NCBI GenBank assembly: GCA_004556155.1
Contig: SFIM01000004.1
Location: 69,856 to 101,855, forward strand
DNA: 32,000 bases
Source: Clostridiales bacterium
GTDB taxonomy: Bacteria > Bacillota > Clostridia > Christensenellales > Aristaeellaceae
Direction: 5' to 3'
Below are positions 1 to 6,972 of this stretch, piece after piece. Made by a program: the position numbers and the translations under genes. The notes beneath the pieces are model-generated. The model was not told where the DNA came from. It saw only the letters and a list, made by a program, of their open reading frames with translations, and searched no databases. Position 1 is the stretch's first letter. Every line of letters begins with the position of its first letter.

Positions 1-779
1 CTTATAGACTTCCAACAGGGCATAAAATGACGAATTATGAGTCGGACAACAATGCCACCTGCACGCAGGATGGCACGAAAACCGCCCGCTGTCAAAACGA
101 TGGATGCGGGGAAAGCAAAACCATCCCAGACGAAGGCAGCAAGCTGGGGCATAATTTCATCAATTATACTCCCAATGGCGACGCCAACTGCACCAGCGTA
201 GGCACGCGCACTGCAACATGCAGCCGCTGCACTGCCACTGATACGCAGCCCGGCGAGGGCGTTGCGCCCAACCATAACGTAGTATCCGATCCTGCTATAC
301 CCCCCACTTGCACGCGCGACGGCTTAACCGCTGGCAGCCATTGCAGCCGCTGCCAGGAGGTTCTGACCGCGCAGAATTCTGTATCCAGCTTGGGGCACTG
401 GTATACAGAATGGACTCCCAACGGCAATGGCACGCACACTGCATCCTGCATGCGCAGCGATTGTACTTTCAACAGCACAGTTGATTGCGTGCAAATAAAC
501 GACCGCATCCATGAAACTGATATCACCTTCTGCCCCATCTGCGGCGAAGCCTCCGACGGCGTTCATCTATCGCTTGTGGAGGGCGCAAGGGTGCAGGCCA
601 ATCGCATGCCCGCGGGTGAGCTGATCGTCCGTCAGCGCGAAGGGCTGACCTCCATCTGCTTTGTGCGCAGCGGCAAGCTCAGCCGCCCCTATGCCCCCGC
701 CACGATCCTCCTGCCCAACGGGGAAAGCGTGCTGTTTGATTTTGTCAAGGCCGCACTGCCCGTGCTGGTAATCAAATGA
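1..779 (+). CDS. C-terminal part of a Cys-rich tandem-repeat protein (probably secreted or surface); the 5' end lies outside the window
   Basis: The frame of ORF 27..779 stays open back to nt 3, so the ATG at 27 is probably internal. There are four ~40-aa modules of the form C-T-x2-G-x2-T-A-x-C-x2-C ... G-H-N/W: NATCTQDGTKTARCQNDGCG, ANCTSVGTRTATCSRCTA, PTCTRDGLTAGSHCSRCQE and THTASCMRSDC..FCPICGE. A hairpin terminator follows. Confidence 0.6.
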   Translation, partial: YRLPTGHKMTNYESDNNATCTQDGTKTARCQNDGCGESKTIPDEGSKLGHNFINYTPNGDANCTSVGTRTATCSRCTATDTQPGEGVAPNHNVVSDPAIPPTCTRDGLTAGSHCSRCQEVLTAQNSVSSLGHWYTEWTPNGNGTHTASCMRSDCTFNSTVDCVQINDRIHETDITFCPICGEASDGVHLSLVEGARVQANRMPAGELIVRQREGLTSICFVRSGKLSRPYAPATILLPNGESVLFDFVKAALPVLVIK

Positions 780-796
780 GCATTTAATTGAACACC

Positions 797-827
797 AAAA
801 AGGCTCCCTTAGCAGGGGAGCCTTTTT
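797..827. terminator. Bidirectional intrinsic terminator between convergent genes
   Basis: aaaaa-GGCTCCC-ttagcag-GGGAGCC-ttttt. The 7-bp GC stem (802-808 with 816-822) is flanked by an A-run and a T-run. It sits between the stop at 779 (+) and the stop at 839 (-). Confidence 0.75.
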
Positions 828-838
828 ATTCACTCTGG

Positions 839-1132
839 TTACACCTTCCAGAAAAAGGACATGCCGATCGTCACAATCCACACTGCGGCGGCAGCCAGGG
901 TAAGGATCACGCGCACACGATCGACAGGCGTGTTATCCCCCGCGTTTTCTGCCTTGGCGGCAGGAACGGCGCGGCGGGCAACCCATTGCAGCACATAACA
1001 GGCCAGGATGGCCGCGCAGCCGATGGATGTAACGCTCTTAGGCTGCGCGCCAGTCAGATACAGGATATTCAGCACCGCCGCAGCCGTGCAGGCCAGGGCG
1101 ATCAGCCATTGCAGCACTTTGCGCAGATTCAT
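839..1132 (-). CDS. Small hydrophobic membrane protein (97 aa, about 3 TM segments), function unknown
   Basis: An AAGGAGA site lies 8 nt upstream of the ATG. The ATG overlaps the stop of the upstream lipase-like gene (ATGA at 1129-1132). The product has three hydrophobic stretches. Confidence 0.6.
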   Translation of the reverse strand: MNLRKVLQWLIALACTAAAVLNILYLTGAQPKSVTSIGCAAILACYVLQWVARRAVPAAKAENAGDNTPVDRVRVILTLAAAAVWIVTIGMSFFWKV

Positions 1133-2469
1133 AGCATTTTTCTCCTTTGTGCGGTTCTTCTTTGTCCGCTGAGCGGATGGAAGCGATCATAAGCTGGCCT
1201 GCGCACAGGCGCGGGCGCACGCGGCGGGCGCTGATCCCACACTGGCGATTCATCCCCGCTCCACAGGGCGGGCAGCAGCCGGCGCGGCGCGGCCCCGCTG
1301 ATCACATCATAGGCACACAGCGTATCGATGCGATACAGCATGTGCGGCATATGCAGCGCATCGGGCAGGCGCGATAGCGTTTCGCGCATGCCATAGCGCG
1401 CAAACAGGCTTTGCAGCCAGCGCGTATAGCGTTCCAGCTGCTGCATGTCCATCTCGCCAAAGCAAGCGGCATAGCGGCTTTCCAGCCGGCGCAGCGCGCT
1501 GCCCACCAGCCGCCGCGCATAGCCTACCAGGCGTGATTGCAGCATGCCTGGTAGGAACGCAGGCGCAAGCGCGCGATACAGCAACTCCGCATCCTCTTCC
1601 GGCACCACGCATAACAGGCGCAGCAGCGCGATAAAAAAGCACAGCGCGCCGCGCGTGCCGCGTACCGTATGCTGTAGGCACAGCAGCTCGTTAAAGATGG
1701 GATCCTGGCTGCGCGCGCCATAGCACAGGCCGCGCAGGGCAGGCGTATCGGGCATCACCCGGCACAGCCCCAGATGCATCGCGCCGCCGATGCGCGGCAC
1801 CGCGTCGTCGGCATGCACAATATGATAGATCGGATAATCAGCATTTTTCAGCGTGCGCGCCCCGGCAACGCAGGGCGAGGCGAACCCGCAGCCCAGCACA
1901 TACTGCGGCAGCACGCCGTTTTGCAGCAGATGGGCGATAAAAATCTGCATCAGCGCCGCGCCCTGGCTATGTCCGGTAACGACCAGCGACACGGGTGAGC
2001 GCTCGTACTTGAGCATATCCAGCACCCCGGCAAGCGTCAAACCGGGACGAGACAGCGCCGCACCCAGGCAGGGCATGGCAATTTGTCCGCACTGCGCCTC
2101 AAACTGCCGCGTCAGGCGCAAAAAGCCCTGATGAAAGCCATCCTCCTGCTCGATCTTCAAGTTATCCAGCCAATCGGCCAGATGGCGCGTGGTGCCCGTG
2201 AAGCTGATTGCCACCAGCCAGCGGCCATCCATCAGGGGATGCGAAAGCACCATTGCCTTGCAGCCCGCGCCGTCCTCGCGGCGGCGGCGGATATCCAGCA
2301 CCTGTGTTAGTGGATTGCTGTGCGCCAGATGCGCCTGCACGCGCGCGGCGCTTTCCAGCGATTGCTGCCGTTCCGCTTCCGTGCGCGCGTTCAGCCCGGC
2401 GCACAGCATGCCGTCCGCCAGCAGAGCGATATCCTGCCAGCCCTCGTCCAGATAGCGCGCGATGCGCAT
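1129..2469 (-). CDS. Class-3 lipase-like alpha/beta hydrolase
   Basis: It carries the nucleophile elbow VVTGHSQGAALM (G-H-S-x-G) and a downstream HADDAVPRIGG segment typical of Lipase_3-type proteins. The 5' end is uncertain: the ATG at 2469 has no SD (see findings). Confidence 0.7.
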   Translation of the reverse strand: MRIARYLDEGWQDIALLADGMLCAGLNARTEAERQQSLESAARVQAHLAHSNPLTQVLDIRRRREDGAGCKAMVLSHPLMDGRWLVAISFTGTTRHLADWLDNLKIEQEDGFHQGFLRLTRQFEAQCGQIAMPCLGAALSRPGLTLAGVLDMLKYERSPVSLVVTGHSQGAALMQIFIAHLLQNGVLPQYVLGCGFASPCVAGARTLKNADYPIYHIVHADDAVPRIGGAMHLGLCRVMPDTPALRGLCYGARSQDPIFNELLCLQHTVRGTRGALCFFIALLRLLCVVPEEDAELLYRALAPAFLPGMLQSRLVGYARRLVGSALRRLESRYAACFGEMDMQQLERYTRWLQSLFARYGMRETLSRLPDALHMPHMLYRIDTLCAYDVISGAAPRRLLPALWSGDESPVWDQRPPRAPAPVRRPAYDRFHPLSGQRRTAQRRKML

Positions 2470-2575
2470 ATCATAGGCGCTTGCGGACAGGGCGTGCGTC
2501 AGGCTCAGCAGCGCCGGGGTAAGCTGATGGGGAAAGTCCTGCGTATCGGCTTCCTCCTTTGATCATGCATGCATT

Positions 2576-3214
2576 TCAGTTTGCCGCGCCGTCCAGCTCC
2601 AGCTGGCTCACCTTGCCCTCGTCCAGCGCAATCTGGCGGATTTCTTCATAAATGCCGGCAAAGGTCAATTCCATATAGGGGCCCACGTGCAGCACATACA
2701 GGATGCCGCCGGTCAGGCCGGAAAGCAGCAGCCAGCCGAAAAAGCTGAGCTGCGCTATAAACAGCTCCATCCGGTGGCCGTACATCATGCGGGCGGACAG
2801 GGCGCTGGCCTGGGTGGCGGATACATTGGGACAATCGGCCAGGATATAGGGCGTAAGCGCCAGCGAATAGGCGCGCATCAGGCCTGGGACTATTAGCAGC
2901 AGGGAATAGAGGAATACCTGCAGCTGCACCCACAGCATGCCGCCCACCTTGCGCAGAAAGCCATCGTCCGCCATACTGGCCAGCATATCGGCAACGCCCA
3001 CGCTTTCGCCGCGCCACAGGCGCAGGAAAAAGCCGCTTTGCGCCACCTGAAACAGGCCGGAAACCAGCACCATCAGCACCCCAGCGGAAAGGCCGCCCAG
3101 CAGCGCCGACAGGAGCGTGAGCACCAGGCAGGCCAGCGCGCACACGCTGCGTTGGGCGCTGACAATGCCCCGCGCCTGCTCCTTGATCGGAATGCGGTCA
3201 AACGTATTGCCCAT
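2576..3214 (-). CDS. DUF975 family integral membrane protein
   Basis: An AAGGAGA site lies 7 nt upstream of the ATG. The product is multi-TM and has the DUF975-like core LLLIVPGLMRAYSLALTPYILADCPNVSATQA..SARMMYGHRMELFIAQLSFFGWLLL..GPYMELTFAGIYEEI, as I recall that family. Confidence 0.75.
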   Translation of the reverse strand: MGNTFDRIPIKEQARGIVSAQRSVCALACLVLTLLSALLGGLSAGVLMVLVSGLFQVAQSGFFLRLWRGESVGVADMLASMADDGFLRKVGGMLWVQLQVFLYSLLLIVPGLMRAYSLALTPYILADCPNVSATQASALSARMMYGHRMELFIAQLSFFGWLLLSGLTGGILYVLHVGPYMELTFAGIYEEIRQIALDEGKVSQLELDGAAN

Positions 3215-3240
3215 GGCGAATTCTCCTTTCGGGCGCGTTT

Positions 3241-4038
3241 TTACAGCCCCTTGAGCCAGCGGGCAGCCATATCAATCCAGCAGGCGCACTCCGCGTGCAT
3301 GTTGGGCTGCTCGGCATCGTATACCTGATCATTGCACAGGCTCAGCCCATGCTGACCAGCGCCGAAGATATGCATTTCGCACGGCACGCCCGCGCGGCGC
3401 AGGGCGGCGGCAAACATCAGGCTGTTTTCCACCGGCACCAATTCGTCCGTCCAGGTATGCCACAGGAAGGTGGGCGGCGTATCGGGGGTAACGTGCTTTT
3501 CAAGCGACACCACATCCTTGAGCTCCTCCTCGCGCTCGGCCAGCAGGCACTTGAAGGAATTGCGATGCGCAAACTCGCCCGAGGTGATTACAGGATAGCT
3601 GAGGATCATCGCGTCCGGACGGCAGGCGGGATCAAAGCCCATCTCATGCCAGCGCGTACCCAGATGGGCGGCCGCGTGGCCGCCGGCGGAAAAGCCCATC
3701 ACCGCGATCTTACGCGAATCGCACAGCCACTGCTCGGCATGCTCACGGGCATACTGCATGGCCTCGGCCGCCTGCTCCAGCGCCACAGGATAGCGCGCGG
3801 GCGCTACCGAATAGCGCACCACTACCGCCTGAATACCCAGCGACAGCAGACGCAGAGCTACCGGCTCAGCCTCACGGTCCGACAGGAAATGATATCCGCC
3901 GCCCGGGAACACCAGCACCAGCGGACGATGCGGGAAGGGGCGCTTGATAGATTGCTTGAGGCTTTTCTCATCGGCCAGATAAGTTTCCAGAATAACGCCC
4001 GTGCGGGGCAGGGTGATTTTTTCGTGAAGCATGCTCAT
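3241..4038 (-). CDS. Alpha/beta hydrolase (esterase/lipase-type serine hydrolase)
   Basis: It has an oxyanion-type VFPGGGY motif, the nucleophile elbow GFSAGGH, and a C-terminal D...H region (TDELVP, GAGQHG). The start could instead be the second ATG at 4032. Confidence 0.8.
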   Translation of the reverse strand: MSMLHEKITLPRTGVILETYLADEKSLKQSIKRPFPHRPLVLVFPGGGYHFLSDREAEPVALRLLSLGIQAVVVRYSVAPARYPVALEQAAEAMQYAREHAEQWLCDSRKIAVMGFSAGGHAAAHLGTRWHEMGFDPACRPDAMILSYPVITSGEFAHRNSFKCLLAEREEELKDVVSLEKHVTPDTPPTFLWHTWTDELVPVENSLMFAAALRRAGVPCEMHIFGAGQHGLSLCNDQVYDAEQPNMHAECACWIDMAARWLKGL

Positions 4039-4053
4039 TCATCTCCCGTATTT

Positions 4054-5313
4054 TTAGTCAACGAAGTCAAACTGCATATCCTCGATCTGCACCGTGTCGC
4101 CCTCGCCCGCGCCGGCCTTGCGCAGCGCGTCGATCACGCCCGTGCGGCGCAGCGTCTGGTGGAACCACTTCATGCTGTCGGTATCGTCAAAGTTGACGCT
4201 GTTCATCAGGCGCGTCATGGCACTGCCCTCCACCACATACACGCTGCCTTCGCGGCGCACGGTATAGCCGGACAGGTCGGGCAGATCGTCCAGAAATTCC
4301 TCCTGCGCGTAGGGCGTGACGGGCGGCAGCTTGGCCAGCTCAGCGGCCACCGCGTCCATCAGCGCGTCAAAACCCGCGCGCGTGGCAGCAGACACGGCGA
4401 ATACCGGCACATCGGGATATTTTTCGCGGAAGCGATTCAGGTTATCCGCGCCGTCTGGCAAATCCATCTTGTTAGCGGCCACAATCTGCGGGCGCTTCTG
4501 CAAATCGCCGTAGCGCGCCAGCTCCAGATTGATGGCCTCGTAATCCTCCAGAGGATCGCGGCCCTCGCTGCCCGCCATATCCAGCACGTGGATCAGCAGG
4601 CGCGTGCGCTCCACATGGCGCAGAAAATCATGCCCCAGACCCGCGCCGTCGGCAGCGCCCTCCACCAGGCCGGGGATATCCGCCATGACAAAATCCTGCC
4701 CGTGGCGGCGCACGATGCCCAGGTTGGGCGTGAGGGTGGTAAAGTGATAATTGGCAATCTTGGGCTGCGCGCGGGTGACGACAGACAGGATGGTGCTTTT
4801 GCCCACATTGGGGAAGCCCACCAGGCCGACGTCCGCGATGGTTTGCAGCTCGAGAGTGAATTTGAACGCCTGCGTCTGGATGCCGGGCTTGGCAAAGTTA
4901 GGCGCCTGGCGGGTGGGGGTGGCAAAGTGCGCGTTGCCCCAGCCGCCGCGGCCGCCGTGCAGCAGCACACGGCGCTGCCCGGCCTCGAACATATCGGCGA
5001 TCACCTGATCGTTCTCGCCGCGCACCAGCGTGCCCACGGGCACCTTGATCACCAGATCCTCGCCCGCCTTGCCCGAGCTGCGCCCGGCCTTGCCATCCTC
5101 GCCATTGGGGGCGAAGTACTTGGCGCGGAAGCGGAAATCCAGCAGCGTGTGCATGTTGCCATCCGCCAGCAGGATCACGCTGCCGCCATTGCCGCCGTCG
5201 CCGCCGTCGGGGCCGCCGTTGATGACAAACTTTTCGCGGTGGAAGGAAACGCAGCCGTTGCCGCCGTTGCCCGCCTTGGCGGTAAACGGCGCTTTATCTA
5301 CAAACAGTGCCAT
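4054..5313 (-). CDS. obg: GTPase Obg/CgtA
   Basis: The N-terminal Gly-rich Obg fold is present (GGNGCVSFHREKF..GGPDGGDGGNGG). The G domain shows GFPNVGKST, DIPGLVEGA and NKMD, followed by a C-terminal TGS-like/OCT domain. The protein is colinear with Bacillus Obg over its full length. Confidence 0.97.
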   Translation of the reverse strand: MALFVDKAPFTAKAGNGGNGCVSFHREKFVINGGPDGGDGGNGGSVILLADGNMHTLLDFRFRAKYFAPNGEDGKAGRSSGKAGEDLVIKVPVGTLVRGENDQVIADMFEAGQRRVLLHGGRGGWGNAHFATPTRQAPNFAKPGIQTQAFKFTLELQTIADVGLVGFPNVGKSTILSVVTRAQPKIANYHFTTLTPNLGIVRRHGQDFVMADIPGLVEGAADGAGLGHDFLRHVERTRLLIHVLDMAGSEGRDPLEDYEAINLELARYGDLQKRPQIVAANKMDLPDGADNLNRFREKYPDVPVFAVSAATRAGFDALMDAVAAELAKLPPVTPYAQEEFLDDLPDLSGYTVRREGSVYVVEGSAMTRLMNSVNFDDTDSMKWFHQTLRRTGVIDALRKAGAGEGDTVQIEDMQFDFVD

Positions 5314-5328
5314 GAAATTGACCTCTCT

Positions 5329-6210
5329 TTATTTTGCCTCTCCGGGATCCAGCCGCTCGCAGCCCCACAGCACCAGGATGCCCGCGATGGCGGCGATCAC
5401 ACCCACCAGGTCGATCTTGTCAAAGCCGGGGAACACGCAGCCGATGGAGCCCAGCACAAAGCCGAAAATAGCCGCGTAGGTGGGTACGGGGAATTTAGCC
5501 AGCAGGAATTTGATCAGCTTGGAGCAGTATACCAGGCCGATAACTACGCCAATACCGAAGGGCAGCAGCACAAGCACCGCGTCCAGCGTGGCGGCGGTGA
5601 AGGGGAACAGATTGGCCACGGATGCAATCAGCGTGCCGTACACGCCCAGCAGCAGCATCACAAAGGAGCCGGAAATGCCGGGAATGATCATGGTGGAGGA
5701 GGCGATCACGCCGTACACCAGCATCAGCAGGATGTTGCCGATGTTCACGTTGGCGGCGGTCGCGGTGGCCTTGGCGGCCTCCTTGGCCTCATCGGTGTTG
5801 CCCGCCACAATCATGGGGATCATGATGGCAAAGCCCGCGATAAAGGCGATCACGTTGGCGGGGTTGATCACCAGCTTGGTGCCCTTGCCGCCCGGCAGGA
5901 AGGAGCTTTTGAACAGCATGGGGATGCTGCCCAGAATAACGCCAATGAAGAACATGGCCGACTGCGCAGGATAATTGACCAGTGCCCAGTTCATCAGCTT
6001 ACCAAAGGCCAGAATGCCGATGGCCAGGCCGATGGCGAAGGTGACCAGGAACTTCCACTCTTTTTTGATGTTGTGCAGCGGGTCGGACAGCACCGACAGC
6101 AGCCGCTCATAGATGCCGAATACCACGGCCATGGTGCCGCCGGATACGCCGGGAATGACGTTGGCCAGGCCGAATACGACGCCCGCCAGAACGAAATACA
6201 ACAGTTGCAT
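5329..6210 (-). CDS. DUF368 family membrane protein (PopT-like candidate undecaprenyl-phosphate translocase)
   Basis: The DUF368 signature IPGVSGGTMAVVFGIYERL appears near the N-terminus, with a repeated IPGISGSF in the second half. The protein is polytopic. The AAGGAGA site abuts the first ATG (6216), so the second ATG (6210, 6-nt spacing) is the likelier start. Confidence 0.85.
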   Translation of the reverse strand: MQLLYFVLAGVVFGLANVIPGVSGGTMAVVFGIYERLLSVLSDPLHNIKKEWKFLVTFAIGLAIGILAFGKLMNWALVNYPAQSAMFFIGVILGSIPMLFKSSFLPGGKGTKLVINPANVIAFIAGFAIMIPMIVAGNTDEAKEAAKATATAANVNIGNILLMLVYGVIASSTMIIPGISGSFVMLLLGVYGTLIASVANLFPFTAATLDAVLVLLPFGIGVVIGLVYCSKLIKFLLAKFPVPTYAAIFGFVLGSIGCVFPGFDKIDLVGVIAAIAGILVLWGCERLDPGEAK

Positions 6211-6331
6211 GTGCATTCTCCTTGTATGTTATTGGCGCACCGGCGCCTGAGATTCATAAGGAAAATAATGATAGAGCATGCAGGATGATGATGAAGGCGT
6301 TCCCCCCTCTTCCGTCTCGCTGCGGCTTGAC

Positions 6332-6360
6332 GCCTTCTCCCGAGGGAGAAGGCTTTTATT
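6332..6360 (+). repeat. CT-arm/GA-arm hairpin copy 1, followed by a T-run
   Basis: GCCTTCTCC-cgag-GGAGAAGGC forms a perfect 9-bp stem (6332-6340 with 6345-6353), followed by ttttatt. Confidence 0.7.
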
Positions 6361-6417
6361 GTCGTGCTTTTATTAAGCCACGAAACCAGATTGCTGCATT
6401 GACGCAATCGCCAAAAG

Positions 6418-6437
6418 GCTTCTCCTGGAGGAGAGGC
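6418..6437 (+). repeat. CT-arm/GA-arm hairpin copy 2
   Basis: GCTTCTCC-tgga-GGAGAGGC forms 8 bp. One pair is T:G on the + strand, which would be an A:C mismatch on the - strand. The hairpin is preceded by aaaa. Confidence 0.55.
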
Positions 6438-6651
6438 TCCGCCGTAGGCGGTGGTGAGGCGCGTAATCCGCCTCTGTGGCAGATACAGGCAGATGCAGCG
6501 CCAATGAGGCAACGAGTTTTGCAAGCGTCAGCGCTGCAAAACGACTATGCCGAATTGTGAGGGCCGTAGGCTGCGAAGCAGCCGTTAGCATAGCTATATA
6601 AGATAACGCCGCGACGGCGGCTACACCTCATCCGCTTCACTACGTTCAGCA

Positions 6652-6676
6652 CCTTCTCCTCAATGAGAAGGCTTTT
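6652..6676 (+). repeat. CT-arm/GA-arm hairpin copy 3, followed by a T-run
   Basis: CCTTCTC-ctcaat-GAGAAGG forms 7 bp (6652-6658 with 6665-6671), followed by c-tttt. Confidence 0.65.
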
Positions 6677-6926
6677 GGGTAGTCTTCCTGGCCAACTATC
6701 GCCAGCAGTTATACATGATTTCCGCGTCCAACCATTCCCCGTGGCATGCCGATGAAATCGGCGCAGGGCTGGCAAAGCCAGACCAAAGAGGAAAAGCAGA
6801 AAGCGAACGGAGGAAAGCCTGCTTTCATCCGGGCGGTTCAGGCTTTTCCCTGCCACGGGACAAATAAGCAGCAATGCCGCCAAACAGCTTAACTCAATAA
6901 GCTTTCACGTCACACACTGGTTCTTT

Positions 6927-6953
6927 GTTACTTTCTTCACTGAAGAAAGTAAC
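6927..6953. repeat. Perfect 12-bp AT-rich inverted repeat (hairpin) 20 nt downstream of the mtnN-like stop
   Basis: GTTACTTTCTTC-act-GAAGAAAGTAAC. No T-run follows on either strand, so this is not a canonical intrinsic terminator. Confidence 0.8.
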
Positions 6954-6972
6954 GTAACCTCCCCCTCGTCCC

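Larger units (their letters stand above)
6217..6972. other. Unusually long non-coding spacer packed with GC-rich hairpins (possible structured RNA or REP-like elements)
   Basis: No ORF here has an SD site, codon-like periodicity or a protein-like sequence. At least ten stem-loops can be drawn by eye (see findings). Confidence 0.6.

Noticed and set aside
3295-6288. 997-aa ORF on the + strand spanning the esterase, obg and DUF368 genes
   Set aside because: It is antisense to three well-supported genes. The translation is low-complexity (rich in R, G, A, H and Q), there is no SD, and it matches no recognisable family. This is a typical shadow ORF of GC-rich DNA, where stop codons are rare.
6222-6883. 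ORFs 6222..6560 (+), 6373..6591 (-) and 6545..6883 (-) in the long spacer
   Set aside because: They have no SD. Their sequences are dominated by translated hairpin arms (for example SPEGEGF and RRRG), and they overlap one another. I treat the region as non-coding.
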